A stretch of 63,870 nucleotides of DNA, counting the filler, from Craspedostauros australis (lineage: Eukaryota), in assembly GCA_030167865.1 (NCBI GenBank). It is 11 parts of 11 records of this genome, joined end to end, with 100 filler letters (N's around TTAATTAATTAA, not from the genome) between each part and the next. Parts side by side here need not be neighbours in the genome. Positions count along the whole stretch, not along the records: positions 1 to 17,017 come from JALAGF010002078.1; positions 17,118 to 20,058 come from JALAGF010002079.1; positions 20,159 to 24,903 come from JALAGF010002080.1; positions 25,004 to 30,224 come from JALAGF010002081.1; 7 more parts are not named here. One strand, written 5' to 3'. Below, piece by piece: positions 12,754 through 25,004 of the stretch; position 1 is the first letter of the stretch; every line of letters begins with the position of its first letter. The translations under genes were made by a program, and so were the position numbers. The notes below the pieces were generated by a model. That model was not told where the DNA came from. It saw only the letters and a program-made list of their open reading frames with translations, and did no database searches.

Positions 12754-15700
12754 TCACTGCTTCCAGGCAGCGGGGACCATTTCGTCGGGTATCCCAATCT
12801 CCCTTCGAAATGCTACCGACATGTGCATGTCGGTGGAATATGGCACATCCGCAAAACTGATTGCGCTCCGAGGAACGTCTTCGATAACATAATCCTCTTC
12901 GCCCTCGTATTTGTCCCATCGATCTTTTGCCATCTTGGTGATGCGCACCTCGTACAGCATGCCGTCGCCTTCATATTCCACGCGATCCACAACGTTGCAA
13001 GGATACCCATAATCGTTGAGCGAATCCCATTTCATCTTGTCCATGTGGTCCTCCCAAGTTTCATCGTCCAGCAATCTGTAATGACACCTGAGTTGCAGAT
13101 TTTCTGGGTAGGGATCGAAGAAACATTCGTCTTCGGTTCTCAGCGGCACGTCGTACATGATTCTGTTCCATTCATATGCACTGACGTAGCGTTCAGCCAT
13201 GGTATCCACACGTCCACCCCAAGCTTCTTGGTGTGCCAGCCACGCCGCTTCCCATTCGTCTCCATAGTCCAAGAAGAGCTCTTCGCCGTCCTGTATGTCT
13301 CTCGTGGCCACGTAATCAAATCCCAACCTTGACCTGACCTCCTTTGCCATTTCGTTCGGTCTGAAGCTGAGCCACTCGTCACGTTGATTGGATGTCCCAT
13401 CCTCGGCCCATCGTATCTGGACATTTGCAAGGGTCTTATTGTGATTGATGTAATTGATCCCGACTCCGTACGGGCATAGCAGAACCGAGGATTCTCGATG
13501 ACCGAAGCAGTAGTTCAAAAGAAGCTGGTGCCGAGTTGATTCATCGCTTTGTTGCTGCCCGTCCTGCTCATTCAGCCCAACTTGCTGCTGGGTCATCATC
13601 AGTAGCTCTCGTTTCGGATAGTGGTGTAACTGCGTTCCCCATGGTGGACAAAATAAGTGCATGGATACATGCGCACAATCACAGAAATATGTACATCAGG
13701 GATGGAGTGAGGAGAGGTACATTCCGTCTGGGATGCATCATCGATCAATCGAGCACGTGCAATATGCAACATCGGCGCAGCAAGTAGTCGTGGTAGCCAA
13801 CTCGCTCTCTCTCTCTCTCTCTCTCTCAAGAGCACGAGTACGAGTACGAGTACACCATGGTGCTCCACGTATGCCCATTGGTACGAGTACGAGTGCACTT
13901 GTATTTCGAGAACAAGGAGTCACGAACAGTACGCGTACCATGCAAATACGTACCGGCGATCCCGTGATAACTGTGCCCTTCGGCAGATTCCTTTTTGCGA
14001 AAGCTCCCCGCCCTGCATCCGGGATGGTAGAATCCTTGGGGATGATATGATCCACGCACTTTGCATTCTCGTTCAACCATTCGATGGAGCGTGTCGCAGC
14101 TGGTTGATGAGTGGCGCCGATATCCTTCTCTACCGCCAAGAGACCCTCTTCGAAGGTGGGCGGGATTGCATTCGCGGTTCGTGTCTTCCAGATCTTACGA
14201 AAATCCAAGAGCAAAGAGTACAGATTGGCAAGTACTGGCTGCTCGTGCATGGAATGCTTGTCTGCAATTTCTCCAAATGCATTTACCACACTCTGTGCGA
14301 CGCGATAGTTGGGTGGCAGAGGGATGTGGCTGAAGTGCTCACGGGATCGGAACCTGTTGTCGTCGCCGTAATGATCGTCGGTGATATGGAGAAATCGACG
14401 CAGGATACCGAGTAAGAGTGCATTCCATCTCCGCAGGTTGTGGTGGAGGGCCACAATTGGTGAGTCATAGCAGAGTGGCATGCACGAAGTACGATGATCG
14501 CAGCATGAGACGGCCGCTGCTCCAACGCCACGTCGGCCCAAGCACGAATAGGACACAGCCCACCAACCACTTAGAGATGCAAGGAAAGGGTCACCACCAA
14601 CACCAACACCAACACCAACACCAGCAGTAGCGGCAAAATAGTTGGGACATCGCAGCCCCTGTTACAAGAAGACACCACTCCGAACTCACCAGCTTTCGCC
14701 ATAGGACTTGAACAGTTCGCCTCCGACGGGAACATCTCGTATAACCCGCGTTGTTCCATTGGTGTACGGTGATATAGCACCAGCACCAGGACTTGTCGAT
14801 CGATGAATGCTCCCGACATCGTACTCCGGAATCGCCTTCGCGACGTTGAGGAGTGCCATGTTGCAATTCTGTAGGACCAAGAGATGTGAGAAGATAGCAA
14901 TTTTGCATCATGGAGGTTCCGCATGGCAATTGCAGCGCATGAGAATTCTAGAGATCCATCCGTCCACTACGCCAATTATTGCGGTCTTGGTAGCGGGTTC
15001 TCGCCGTCCGGCACGGCGCAATCCAATTCAGTTCCAACGCATAAACATATAGAGTCGAGTATTGCCTATCCTCCTCCGCCGCAACAACATGTTTCTCAAC
15101 GTCTTCGTACCCGAACTTACAACGACACAGTCCAAGCCAGGGCATAATGCCTCAATGTCCCCAGTGGCACTTTCCATCTTCATCCCCATGACTTCTCCTG
15201 CGCGGTTGCCATTCGGGGCGACGCGTCAGTGTTGGCATCATGCAGATCGTATCAGTGCGTGGTCGGAAAGTGGAACAGATATGCGAGTGAATGACCGGGT
15301 GAGTGTTGGCGGCGTACTGTCGCGTACGCAAGTTGAATCTGCATTGCTTCACCAACATGACAATGCAATCGAGCAAGCCTGCGTGCGCTATCCCATGACT
15401 CCACGAGTAGTCTCCCGTCGAACGGGAACGCCCAAGCCCGGATGAAAAGCTGCATCGTGCTCTACTCTACATTGGTGTGCCGCGCATGAATAGCATATAA
15501 TTGCGTCTATGAGGATAAATGCAGCACTCCATGCACCGGTGTCAGCCGTGCCATTGAAGCCATCCTCTTCTGCAGCCGTCCTCGTTCTTCGTTCAGGCAA
15601 TTGTACCATACTCCACCAGTCTGGACTCGTACATGGTGGTACTTGTGCATGCTTGTGCATACTCGGACGTACCTCCCCACACGTAGTCCTCGAATGGGTT

Positions 15701-16060
15701 GAACCGAGGATGCTGGTTGTGTGTCGAATAGTCCACGATGGGAATGCAGACGTCGCCGTGGCCAACTTCGTCGCCAATCTTCAGGTCGATCCCTGTGAAT
15801 ATTCCCAACCCAGCGCCTGGGATCGTCGACTCTCCGATGTACATCCCGCACTCCAGTGGCTCTGGCTGCTGAGGATGAGCAAAGGCTTGAGCCGCCTGCT
15901 GTACCATCAGCCATAGCATCACCAGTCCCATCGATTCGGAACCGTGCCCATGCTTCTGCGGGTGATCTCGTCGCTTCGCTCGAATCGACATGGTGTCGTT
16001 TGTGCAGGTCCGATGAGCTGAGCGATGGGATCGTGCACGGACCCTTTCTGGACGAGCCAT
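12754..16060 (-). CDS. Multi-exon tandem SET-domain protein with signal-peptide-like N-terminus; start uncertain
   Basis: First SET half: ECGMYIGESTIPGAGLGIFTG ... VIRDVPVGGELFKSYGESW. Second SET half: DSTIPDAGRGAFAKRNLPKG ... LLNYCFGH..LLCPYGVGINYINH ... YVATRDIQDGEELFLDYG. Hydrophobic MGLVMLWLMVQQAAQA precedes the first domain. Confidence 0.8.
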
Positions 16061-17017
16061 GGTTTCAGCGAAGCCGCACTGCCGCCTGCAACCGCAACGC
16101 TTCTCCAGAGTGTAACTGCAGAGAATCCCTCAACCATCCACTGCACCCGTGCAGAGTATAGTATGAGTCTGCTTGCTATCTCGCTATCTCGCTAGGTATC
16201 TCTTTCCCACTTGAAGCCTTTGGTGGTGGATAATGATGGCGAGGATGGCGAGGGAGATGTTGGAGAAGTTCATCAACCGGTCGATCGATTTGCGTCCACA
16301 AAAGAGAACAACAGATTTCGGCCCTTGGAGGTTGCCGTATAGTTGGATATCACACCGAAAACTTCGGTATGCTCAAGAACCTGACGTATGCACGACAGAC
16401 GACCAATGTCGACCTGAAGTCTACCCAAGGTTAGACTTCTGAACATGTAGTCTCGAGTTTGATTAGCACAAAAGTGTACATCGTACTTAGGCACGCACTC
16501 GGTTGCACTGCTCCACGTTAAAATCATACTTCCATCGCATGTTCCTCCTCCGTAAAATCACCTGAACTTCTTATTTTTGAGTGTACTGGATGGCAAAGAA
16601 CATCGATGGCCTCCTTCTCATTGCTACATTCACACTTCTTGCACCGGTTGACATCGTTGAGTGGAATAACAAATAGGCCAATGATTGTGAGATGCCTGCT
16701 TCAAGGTTGGCTATTCGTCGAAAACAAGTAATCGAGACATCTATGCGAATCATGGTATCGATAGCATTGAAGATGTTTGCAATCAGAGTTCTATCTTCGA
16801 ACGCTGGACATGTAAGGCACCACCCGGATCGGTCAGCATTGACCATGGTATTGAAGCTACTACACATATGGAACAACTTGAGCTGCATTCGCTCTCTGAC
16901 ATTTGACAACTGAGCTGTTTCGAATGTTTGTCACGGATATTCTCTGCACGTTTTCTCTTTGTTGCCACGCGGACGAGAGACCAGACTCTCCATACTACAT
17001 ACAATGGAGAAGGGGTG

Positions 17018-17117
17018 NNNNNNNNNNNNNNNNNNNNNNNNNNNNNNNNNNNNNNNNNNNNTTAATTAATTAANNNNNNNNNNNNNNNNNNNNNNNNNNN
17101 NNNNNNNNNNNNNNNNN
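17018..17117. other. Assembly linker (N-run with TTAATTAATTAA); also at ~20059, 24904, 30225, 32923, 34375, 35511, 46679, 61026 and 62731
   Basis: Near-identical ~100-nt spacers containing a six-frame stop linker. Confidence 0.97.
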
Positions 17118-17118
17118 G

Positions 17119-18120
17119 TAATGAAATAGCAAACAGACGACTATCAACCAACACCATCTTCCACGATCGTAGGTTACCGTGAGCGGAACTTGCCAACAAA
17201 AGTTCGTTGTACTCTGGAGGCATCGGCCTCTCGTGCGGCGCCAATGTTCCTGCCCATGATGTGTCATTCACTTCATTGTCGCCAAACAGTCCTACGTCTC
17301 CATTCACCACGTTTGGTTTCCGTTTGCGGTTTGAGCTCCACCGTGCTTGCCTGTAGATGTCTACCACCAGCGCCCCCTACTGTACTGCTTGTATGCACTG
17401 GCCCATGGAAGTACTCACACTTCTGGATTCTCCGCGCACTGGCAGTTCATGGCTGTCACCACCAGTTGTCCCAGTACATGACCTATTTGCTTGCAGGTGA
17501 GGATCCCAAAACATGGATGACAACAAGCAAAAGAGACAGAGATACGACAAAGAAATTGCGCTATACATTGCAGGAAGAGGATACAAGTAACAAAATAAAT
17601 CACCCACTGATTAACCGCTCCTTATCTACGGTTGCATCGATGACGCTTTTTCCACCTCCTTTCAACTTTGCGTGGCACGCGAAGGGGGCACGGACTCGGG
17701 TCTGTTGCGTTCCTTATTTTTGTGCTGACGCCTGCGTTGACCGCCCCTGTGCAGTCAGGAAGCTATTGGCCACAGCCACCTTCATCTGCTTGTACAATGG
17801 CCCACCAGCAACAGGTCACCTGTAGTATGGCTGCTGCCTACTCCATCCATACCGCCAGCCATGGGTTGGTGGGGTACTTCAGCATCCATTTCCGCATGCC
17901 TTGCACTCCTTGTTGCGCGATTTGGCGCCGACTGTTGGCCTTGCAGGTCCAAAAGTGTTCCACGGTTTCTTCGTGGCCGCAGCCAGGGCACACGTGGGAC
18001 AGACAGGGACCCCACTGGCGCATGTGCCTCCCAAATGCAGCCTCGCCTGCCACCAATGTACAGTCATCGTGGCCTTCGTTCGTCCCAGACCTCCGATTTT
18101 CCTATCCACCGCCGTCCACT
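17119..18120 (-). mobile_element. Degenerate non-LTR retrotransposon (LINE) 3'-region remnant
   Basis: GRHMRQWG..VCPGCGHEETVEHFWTC...MRKWMLKYPTNPWL resembles the C-terminal CCHC zinc finger of LINE RT proteins. Frames are broken by stops and shifts. Confidence 0.5.
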
Positions 18121-19604
18121 CTGATAAAACGATAATGAAAACGAGGTGAACTTACTGGACGCCGAAGGGTGATCAATCCGTGGTAGTGCAGTAGGTTGTT
18201 GAGTTTGAGAGTGAGAGTGTGTCTTAGTCTTTAAAGCTGTACGAATCCAAATGAGACTTTCAAAAGGATTGTGAGCATGTGATGTGTAGCATCCATTATA
18301 GTTGGATCGGCAACATCTCTATTAGTAGTAACATGGTGGAGCGTTGAGTCTCCGTACGTGCAATCATCGCGATGTCGATGTTGCCATTTCCGAGAGGAGA
18401 CATCAATTTCGTGACGGTCGGAGAGAGAGTTTGTTGTGTGAGAGTCTGTGTCAGGTGGAGAAACAGAGGATTTATGAGGTTGTTCTGCTGTTGTGGAGAA
18501 GGCAGACACAGCTGTGCCAGACTGACGTCGGCCAGACTATGACATGTTGTTCACCCTCTTCCGATCAATTTGGGGGAACAAGGTTCATCCAACGGTTTGA
18601 CCCGGTTGTCCGTTCAGGACAGGTCATGTCACGCCCATAAGTGGCGTGGGATGGCACGATCGCCCAAACCCAAATTCAGCGGACATGCGACATCGTCTTA
18701 AGTAGAGCACGATTCGAGGGTGGGACCCCATCCCACCGACATCGAGTCACGCTTCAATCCCGCTCAAACTCTGAGTAGTTGGTCATTTGACTAACACGAC
18801 TAAATCTTAACACGACTAATAGGAATACTAGTTTGAGCTAATAGTTAGTTTGAGTAGTGCGGCTCTGCACTGACCTTCAGAGGTTCAGTGCTGAGGGCGG
18901 ACGGGTCCTCTCTTTCTCTCTTTCTCCACTATGTCATCGTAGTCGTTCTACGTTCGAGTACTAAGCCTTGACACCTTGATTGAGGTTGAGATCGAGAACA
19001 CAGGTTGTCAGGCCAAGGGAATTGATGCAGGATTCCCTGCATGTGTTGAAGCAAGGAAGATCTCTTGGCTATTGTCGTGCAGGGTTGTCAGCTTGTATAG
19101 CTGACAACGGAATTCAGGTTGACTGCATCGCAATAGTTCAGGAGAGCAAATAGTTCCCAGGGTGTCTTGATCCCATTGACTTCGGATAGTATTTGAGTCA
19201 GTGGTGATTCATGAATGAGTGTGGGAGAAGGAGGGAAAAGAGTGAGTAAAAAGTAGTCCGTTCTTTAGATGAATTTCAACTACCAGGGTGTTCCCATGAC
19301 GAATGGGAAGATCGTGATCTGATCGATTGAACCGATCTGTGTGATGCTTACGACTCGGCGATGTCTAAGGCATCGAAACTATCAGTGGATGACAACGTGC
19401 CTTTGTGCACGAACATGGGGTACTCGGTGGTGCATGCATGTCTATGATGAATCTGCGATGAATGCAAGATGGATGCCTGCTAGACCAATGGATAGACCCA
19501 TGGAGGTCTCAGGAGGAGATTGAACTTTGCAATTGAGAGCAATGAAGAGCTCACAGTTCAGAGAAGTAGATTCTAACAAACGATTAGCTTTCTACTATCA
19601 CACC

Positions 19605-19621
19605 ACCCCGGATTTCCAACA
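19605..19621 (+). mobile_element. 3' end of an LTR (solo or 3' LTR) of the same copia family as 20159-24903; 5' boundary not determined
   Basis: accccggatttccaaca matches 17/17 the reverse complement of 24887-24903 and ends in the canonical LTR ...CA. The upstream ~1.4 kb lacks real ORFs. Confidence 0.65.
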
Positions 19622-20158
19622 AACAGAACTGTAACAATCACTACCATCACCTACAGTTGCAAGAATATCCATGAGCGGAACTTGCCAACATGTATTACGT
19701 GAGCTGTGCGCTGCGCACCGCGAAACGCACAGCCAACACCTATTTGAGGACCACATGGTCGTTGCATGAATCGCAATGGCGTCATAAGGTGAGAATGATG
19801 GTGCACCATGACAAAGAGGAGCAATGATCCAATGGGTGTGAAGGAAGTAGAGTCGCACAGCAGAGAAGCATCTGGCCAATAGATGGCGAACAATGATGAC
19901 ACTATAGTGGAGTCTACAATAGTACTGCATTGCACAATCGCACTCTACTGGAGTCAACGCCGCGCACTTCTCTCCCTGTTAGAACGTAATCGTAGATGGG
20001 TTTGAAGATACCGCACCGAGAACGTAGAGTGATCAAGTCGTTGTTGTTGGTGAGGAGANNNNNNNNNNNNNNNNNNNNNNNNNNNNNNNNNNNNNNNNNN
20101 NNTTAATTAATTAANNNNNNNNNNNNNNNNNNNNNNNNNNNNNNNNNNNNNNNNNNNN

Positions 20159-23100
20159 CCGATTCCGAATTAGCAGGCATGGGTCCACCTTGCTCTGCCG
20201 GAAGCCAAGCTTGATCAGGATGTCCACAAGCTTTTTGTTCCATTGCCTCGCGCTCTGTACCAGCCCGTAGATGGTCTTTTTCAGCAGCAGGCATTCATCC
20301 GGTTCGTGTTCCATTCCTTTGGGACACTGCATGTAGATCTCCTCTTCGAGTTCTCCATGTAGGAAAGCAGTTTCAAAGTCGATGATGATGCTGTCGGTCT
20401 TCAACAGCATCTTCATAGTGAGCATCACACGGTATGTTGCATCATGGATCACGGGCGCATGGTGAGCGGAGAAATCCACTCCAGCAATCTGCGAGTATCC
20501 ACAAGCAACCAACCTGGCTCGAAAGACGCCGTTCCTCTTCTCCTTGAAGACCCACTTCGTCTTCACACATCGCCGATCCCTTGGCATCTCGTTCTTCTTG
20601 ATCTTCTGCCAGACTCCTCGTCTTGTCATATCGTAGAACTCTTTGTTGATGGCCTCCCGCCATTTCTTTCGCTTTGCTGGATCTGCATGATCCCAGCATT
20701 CTTCGAATGTCGTGGGGTCCAGCATCATAGCAGTGTATGCATGCTCGGACATCTCATCCCATTTCTCTCTCTCGACCCTTTGACTTGCCGTAATGAAGTC
20801 ATCCAGTCTCATCCTTCCTTGTGTGGTGTCAATCATCATACTGGCCACATCTCGATTGAACACGGATAGGTTTGTATGGAAGTCCCGTTCTTCAGCGGTT
20901 GCAGGGGTCGTCTCAACTACCTCAGCTGGTTCGTCGTTCCCACTGCTTGACTCTGAGTCGGATTCATATCCTGGCGGGTTATTGTGCGGTGCCAAATCGC
21001 GTAGCATCCGTGACATCCTTGCCACTGGTCTAATGGGAGAGTACTCGAGGTGTTTGCCTTCAGCCACTTGCCTCCGAGTCACTCGTTCTTCGTCCCTTCC
21101 GGATTCATCGTCGTATTCCTCGTCCGATGGTTCGTCCCCTTGGGCAGGTAGCAATTCATCTTGCTCTCGAGTATGGTCTTCAGTATCATCGTAGTCTATG
21201 CCGGACTCTCTACTCTTATCAGCTGATGCGGCCTTCGCTTTCCTCGCGATACCCGTATCACGCTCCCAAGTCACCTTCGTATTACGGAGTGCTGCTCTGG
21301 CATCGAAGTCGTCGTCTTCCAGGTCCACCCACTGTGTCCTGTTGGCATTCTCAATACCCTTGAGTTGCCCATACGACTGGTTCATCCATGTCACGTCTCT
21401 GGTGATCAGGACTCTCGTAGTTGCCAGATTCATCATGCGGTACACACCACTCGCATGAGACTGTCCGTATCCAACGAACATGGCTGGTTTGGATCTATCA
21501 TCCAGTTTCGCCTTGATAGCGCGACTGCCGATGAAAACCATTCCGATCTCCCCAAACACACGCAGTCCTTGCGCGTAGGTTGGGATTTGCCCATTGAGCA
21601 ACAGGCACGCAGGTTCCCTTGATTTAGTCTCGATGATGTTCTCAATCTGCGTTGCATTCCTTGCTGCCTCTGCCCATAGCTTGCCGCGTAGCTGTCTTGG
21701 TAGGTGTGCCTGGTTCAACATTGACCTGACCTTACCATACAGTACCGCGAACTTCCGGTCCACTCTTCCATTCTGCTGTGGCGTTGATGCCGCGGTGTAT
21801 TCGAATGTTGGGGCGAATCCTGCCTTCAACAGTAGTTTCTCCGCGCTGTAATTTTCGCCAGCGTTGTCACATCTGATATTTTTCACTGTCACTTGTTGAT
21901 TGCCCAAGAGCCATTTCAACAACGACATCAGCTTGGATCCGACTTCGCTTTTCTCTTTCACGAAGTAGCTCCAGCAGTAATCACTGTAGTCATCGATGAC
22001 CAGCAGCCAGTATTTTCCGTGACCGAAGCTTGTCGCTTGGACACTCGAGGTATCCATGAAGAGTCGTTCGCCAACTCGCTTCGCTCGTGGTTGAAGAGTT
22101 TTGGTCAGGCCTTTCTGTCTTGCCTTCCCGATTGCGCAATCCTCGCAGGGATTGAGCGTTCCTGTGACGTTCCATCCGTAGTGTCTCGCCGTTCTGGAGA
22201 TCGTGTAAGAGTCAACGTGGCCTAGCATCTTATGCAACTTATTCACATCCATGGGCTTCTTCGTGTCGAATCCGATGTTCGCCATCTCTTCGTCTTTGGG
22301 GACTGGAACCATGTTCACACCCAACACAAACCCACTGTGCGTTGCCATGATCCGGTCAAACCGGATGCGCTGTCCATGCTTCTCCAATGCGATGATGACA
22401 CCTTTGTTACTGATGTCGAACCCGTTCTGGAGTGCTTTACCAATGCTGAGGAGATTCACCCAAAGCTTCGGCACGTACCTCACTCCCTTCAGGATGATGA
22501 TGGCGCTCTTGCCATCCTTTTGCAACACTTTCATGCGTAAATCTCCGACCTTGGTGGCACGCAAGAATTTACCGCTTCCGACCTTCACCGAAAAATTAGA
22601 GAGGCGAACATTAGTCATGCCTTCGTCGTTATTCGTGAGATGGCATGATGCTCCAGTGTCGCCCAACCATGTGTTAGCTTCATGTTGGTCTGGTGCAATA
22701 AGCTTGCGGCTGTTGCTGCTCGCCTCGAGGTCCCCGACCACCATGGCCAAGTCATAGCCTCGAGTAGCCATCGCGATGTGGTCCGCCATCTCCAGTCGGT
22801 GTTGCGGACTCCCCACACGGGGTCCTCTCTTTGGCAATTCGCGACACTCCAATCCATTTCGGACTTCAGTATCTTCCCAGTTGTACATCCACATGAGTCG
22901 CTGAGCTGACATTTTGCTCATTCTTGCGATCAGGTGATTTGGGAGGAGTGGGAGTTGCTTTTCTTCGAGTAGCTCATTAACCATCACGAGCTTGCATGAC
23001 ACATCGAACATTCCGTTGATGCCGATCTGCGTGAGCATGTAGTAGAGCTCACGAGCGCCCATACACTGTGCTCCTGCCTCGATGGTCGCCTTTCTCACGT

Positions 23101-24814
23101 CGTAGCATAGAAGTGCTACATTGAAGCGCACATCGTTCGCCTCCAATACGTTGGATAGGGAGACCCTTAAGGCGTCCTCCACTGATCCGAGTCGACCAAG
23201 GATCTCGCGACGGCGAGCAATCTCGGCTTCAGTGCTCGGTGGGAAAGTGTCATCTCCCCAGATGGTGCGGATTTTGAATGGACTATACTCGGTGCAATCC
23301 GTGCACCATGAGTACATCGCTCCGCGAGTGAGACAGAGTGGGCACCATGCGTCCATTCTGCTTCCCTCACATGCGCGGTCAATCTCTTCACGCAAGAAGC
23401 GATCGATAGGGTTACCAGTGCGAGTCACTGTCGTTCCTCTCCCACGCGTAGTCGGCGCGTCGTCGAAGTCCATTCCAGGCATCGCGATCTCTTCATTGTC
23501 CGCGATGATCTCGTCGATCACGTCGTACTCAATCAGGTCTTCGCCCATGAGCTCGAGGATATCGACCTTGCTGTCGTTGGTTGGCGACTCGACTCTTGCA
23601 GCTGGAGGGAATGTTCCCATGAACTCCACGATATCGTCCTCGTCGTCGCTGTCGATCATGATCTCGTTGTGATCGTTGATTTCGACGAAGTCTCCGTCCG
23701 CGATGATGAGCGCCATATCATCCATCGCGTCGTCGCCATCCATTGCCACATTGGCGCTTTCTGCGTCTTTCATCGCTGCCTTCAGCTTAAAGCACTGAAG
23801 GATCTTGTGCCCTGCCTTTCCGCAGTAGTTGCACTTGCCATCGAACTGCACCTTCTTGAGTCCGCCTTTGGCGTTGGCGTGGTGACCTTGTTTCTTGGCA
23901 CCACCGCCCTTCTTGTTGTTGTTGCCGCCCTTGGCTGGCGCACGACAGTCCGCCTTCTTGTGCCCGTAGGCGCCACAGTTGCGACAGTTTCCCTTGAACT
24001 GACCAACTCCAATTAGTGCGAACTCTTCGCTACCGTTGTTGCCTGCGCGCTTATAACCATGTTTGAGATGGTGGCGGTCGTAGGTGAGGCTCACGGCTTC
24101 GTGGATGTCGCCCACAGTCATCTCTCGTTCCTTTCCTAGGAACTTGAGCTCGAGCAACTTCACATCCATCTCGCACTCGCGGCCGAGTGCGTTGAGGACG
24201 AGCATGTTGAATTGCTCCACATCGACGATCACCTTCAGGTCGATCAGTCGGTTTCGAAGGACCTCCATGTCCGTCAGGAAGAGATCCGGATTCTCTCCCT
24301 TCTTCAGCCGCATCCCNNNNNNNNNNNNNNNNNNNNNNNNNNNNNNNNNNNNNNNNNNNNNNNNNTAGATGCGCTCAAGAGCCACCCAAGCTGCACGAGG
24401 GTCTCCTCCCCCGTTCAGCATGCTCTTGCATCCCCACACCGCCTCGAAGGCAACTTTGCCTTCCTTCGAATCATGGCTGATAGCCAAGGTCAGTTCTTCG
24501 TAGGCGTACTTCGCCATCGCTTCCTTGTACTCGGCCAGGTCCGCAGCGCTCGGCTTGGTGCTTGCCTTGGCGCTCGTCTTGGTGCCGGGTTTGAGCTTGG
24601 TACCTGCCTCGGTCTTGATGGTTGGGACCAGGCTCTCGGTAACCTCAGAAGGAGCTTTCACTTCCACCTCAGAGTAGGCCATCAAGAACATGTCTCNGTA
24701 ACCCTTGCGGTTAGCACGAGAGAGGAACTTGGCCAGCCAGAACTTCCAGTTCTCCTTCTTGCCGTCGAAGTAGACCACCNGGAGGCGGTCGGTTTTGGCG
24801 TTGATGGTACTCAT
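20159..24814 (-). CDS. Copia Gag-Pol polyprotein (3'-truncated at the gap; internal N run)
   Basis: Single open frame of more than 1500 aa from ATG 24814 (MSTINAKTD) with gag, PR, IN and RT motifs. Confidence 0.9.
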
Positions 24815-24903
24815 GATGATGATGGTGGATGATGGCTTGATGGTGCGGGGTGAAACGTAGGATTTCAATCTAAACGTTTCGAAACGTGTTGGAAATCCGG
24901 GGT
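20159..24903 (-). mobile_element. Ty1/copia (CoDi-like) LTR retrotransposon, truncated by gaps at both ends
   Basis: Order on the minus strand: LTR end, gag (FDGKKENWKFW, two CCHC knuckles), protease (WLGDTGASCH), pre-integrase (HKMLGH..CEDC), integrase (FMDTSS, IDDYS, DNAGE, PQQNG), RT (KTKWVFK, FRARLVACGYSQ, DFETAFLHG, KKTIYGLVQSARQW). Integrase precedes RT, as in copia. Confidence 0.95.
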
Positions 24904-25004
24904 NNNNNNNNNNNNNNNNNNNNNNNNNNNNNNNNNNNNNNNNNNNNTTAATTAATTAANNNNNNNNNNNNNNNNNNNNNNNNNNNNNNNNNNNNNNNNN
25001 NNNA

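Noticed and set aside
12478..14625. (CT)n and (CACCAA)n tracts
   Set aside because: Ordinary intronic or intergenic microsatellites.
17062..17073. TTAATTAATTAA repeated ten times across the window (array-like)
   Set aside because: Always embedded in N-runs; an artificial six-frame-stop contig linker, not biology.
19977..20058. tgttagaacg.. possible LTR terminus of the adjacent copia
   Set aside because: It does not match that element's LTR end (..ggatttccaaca) and is cut by a gap; at most a different family.
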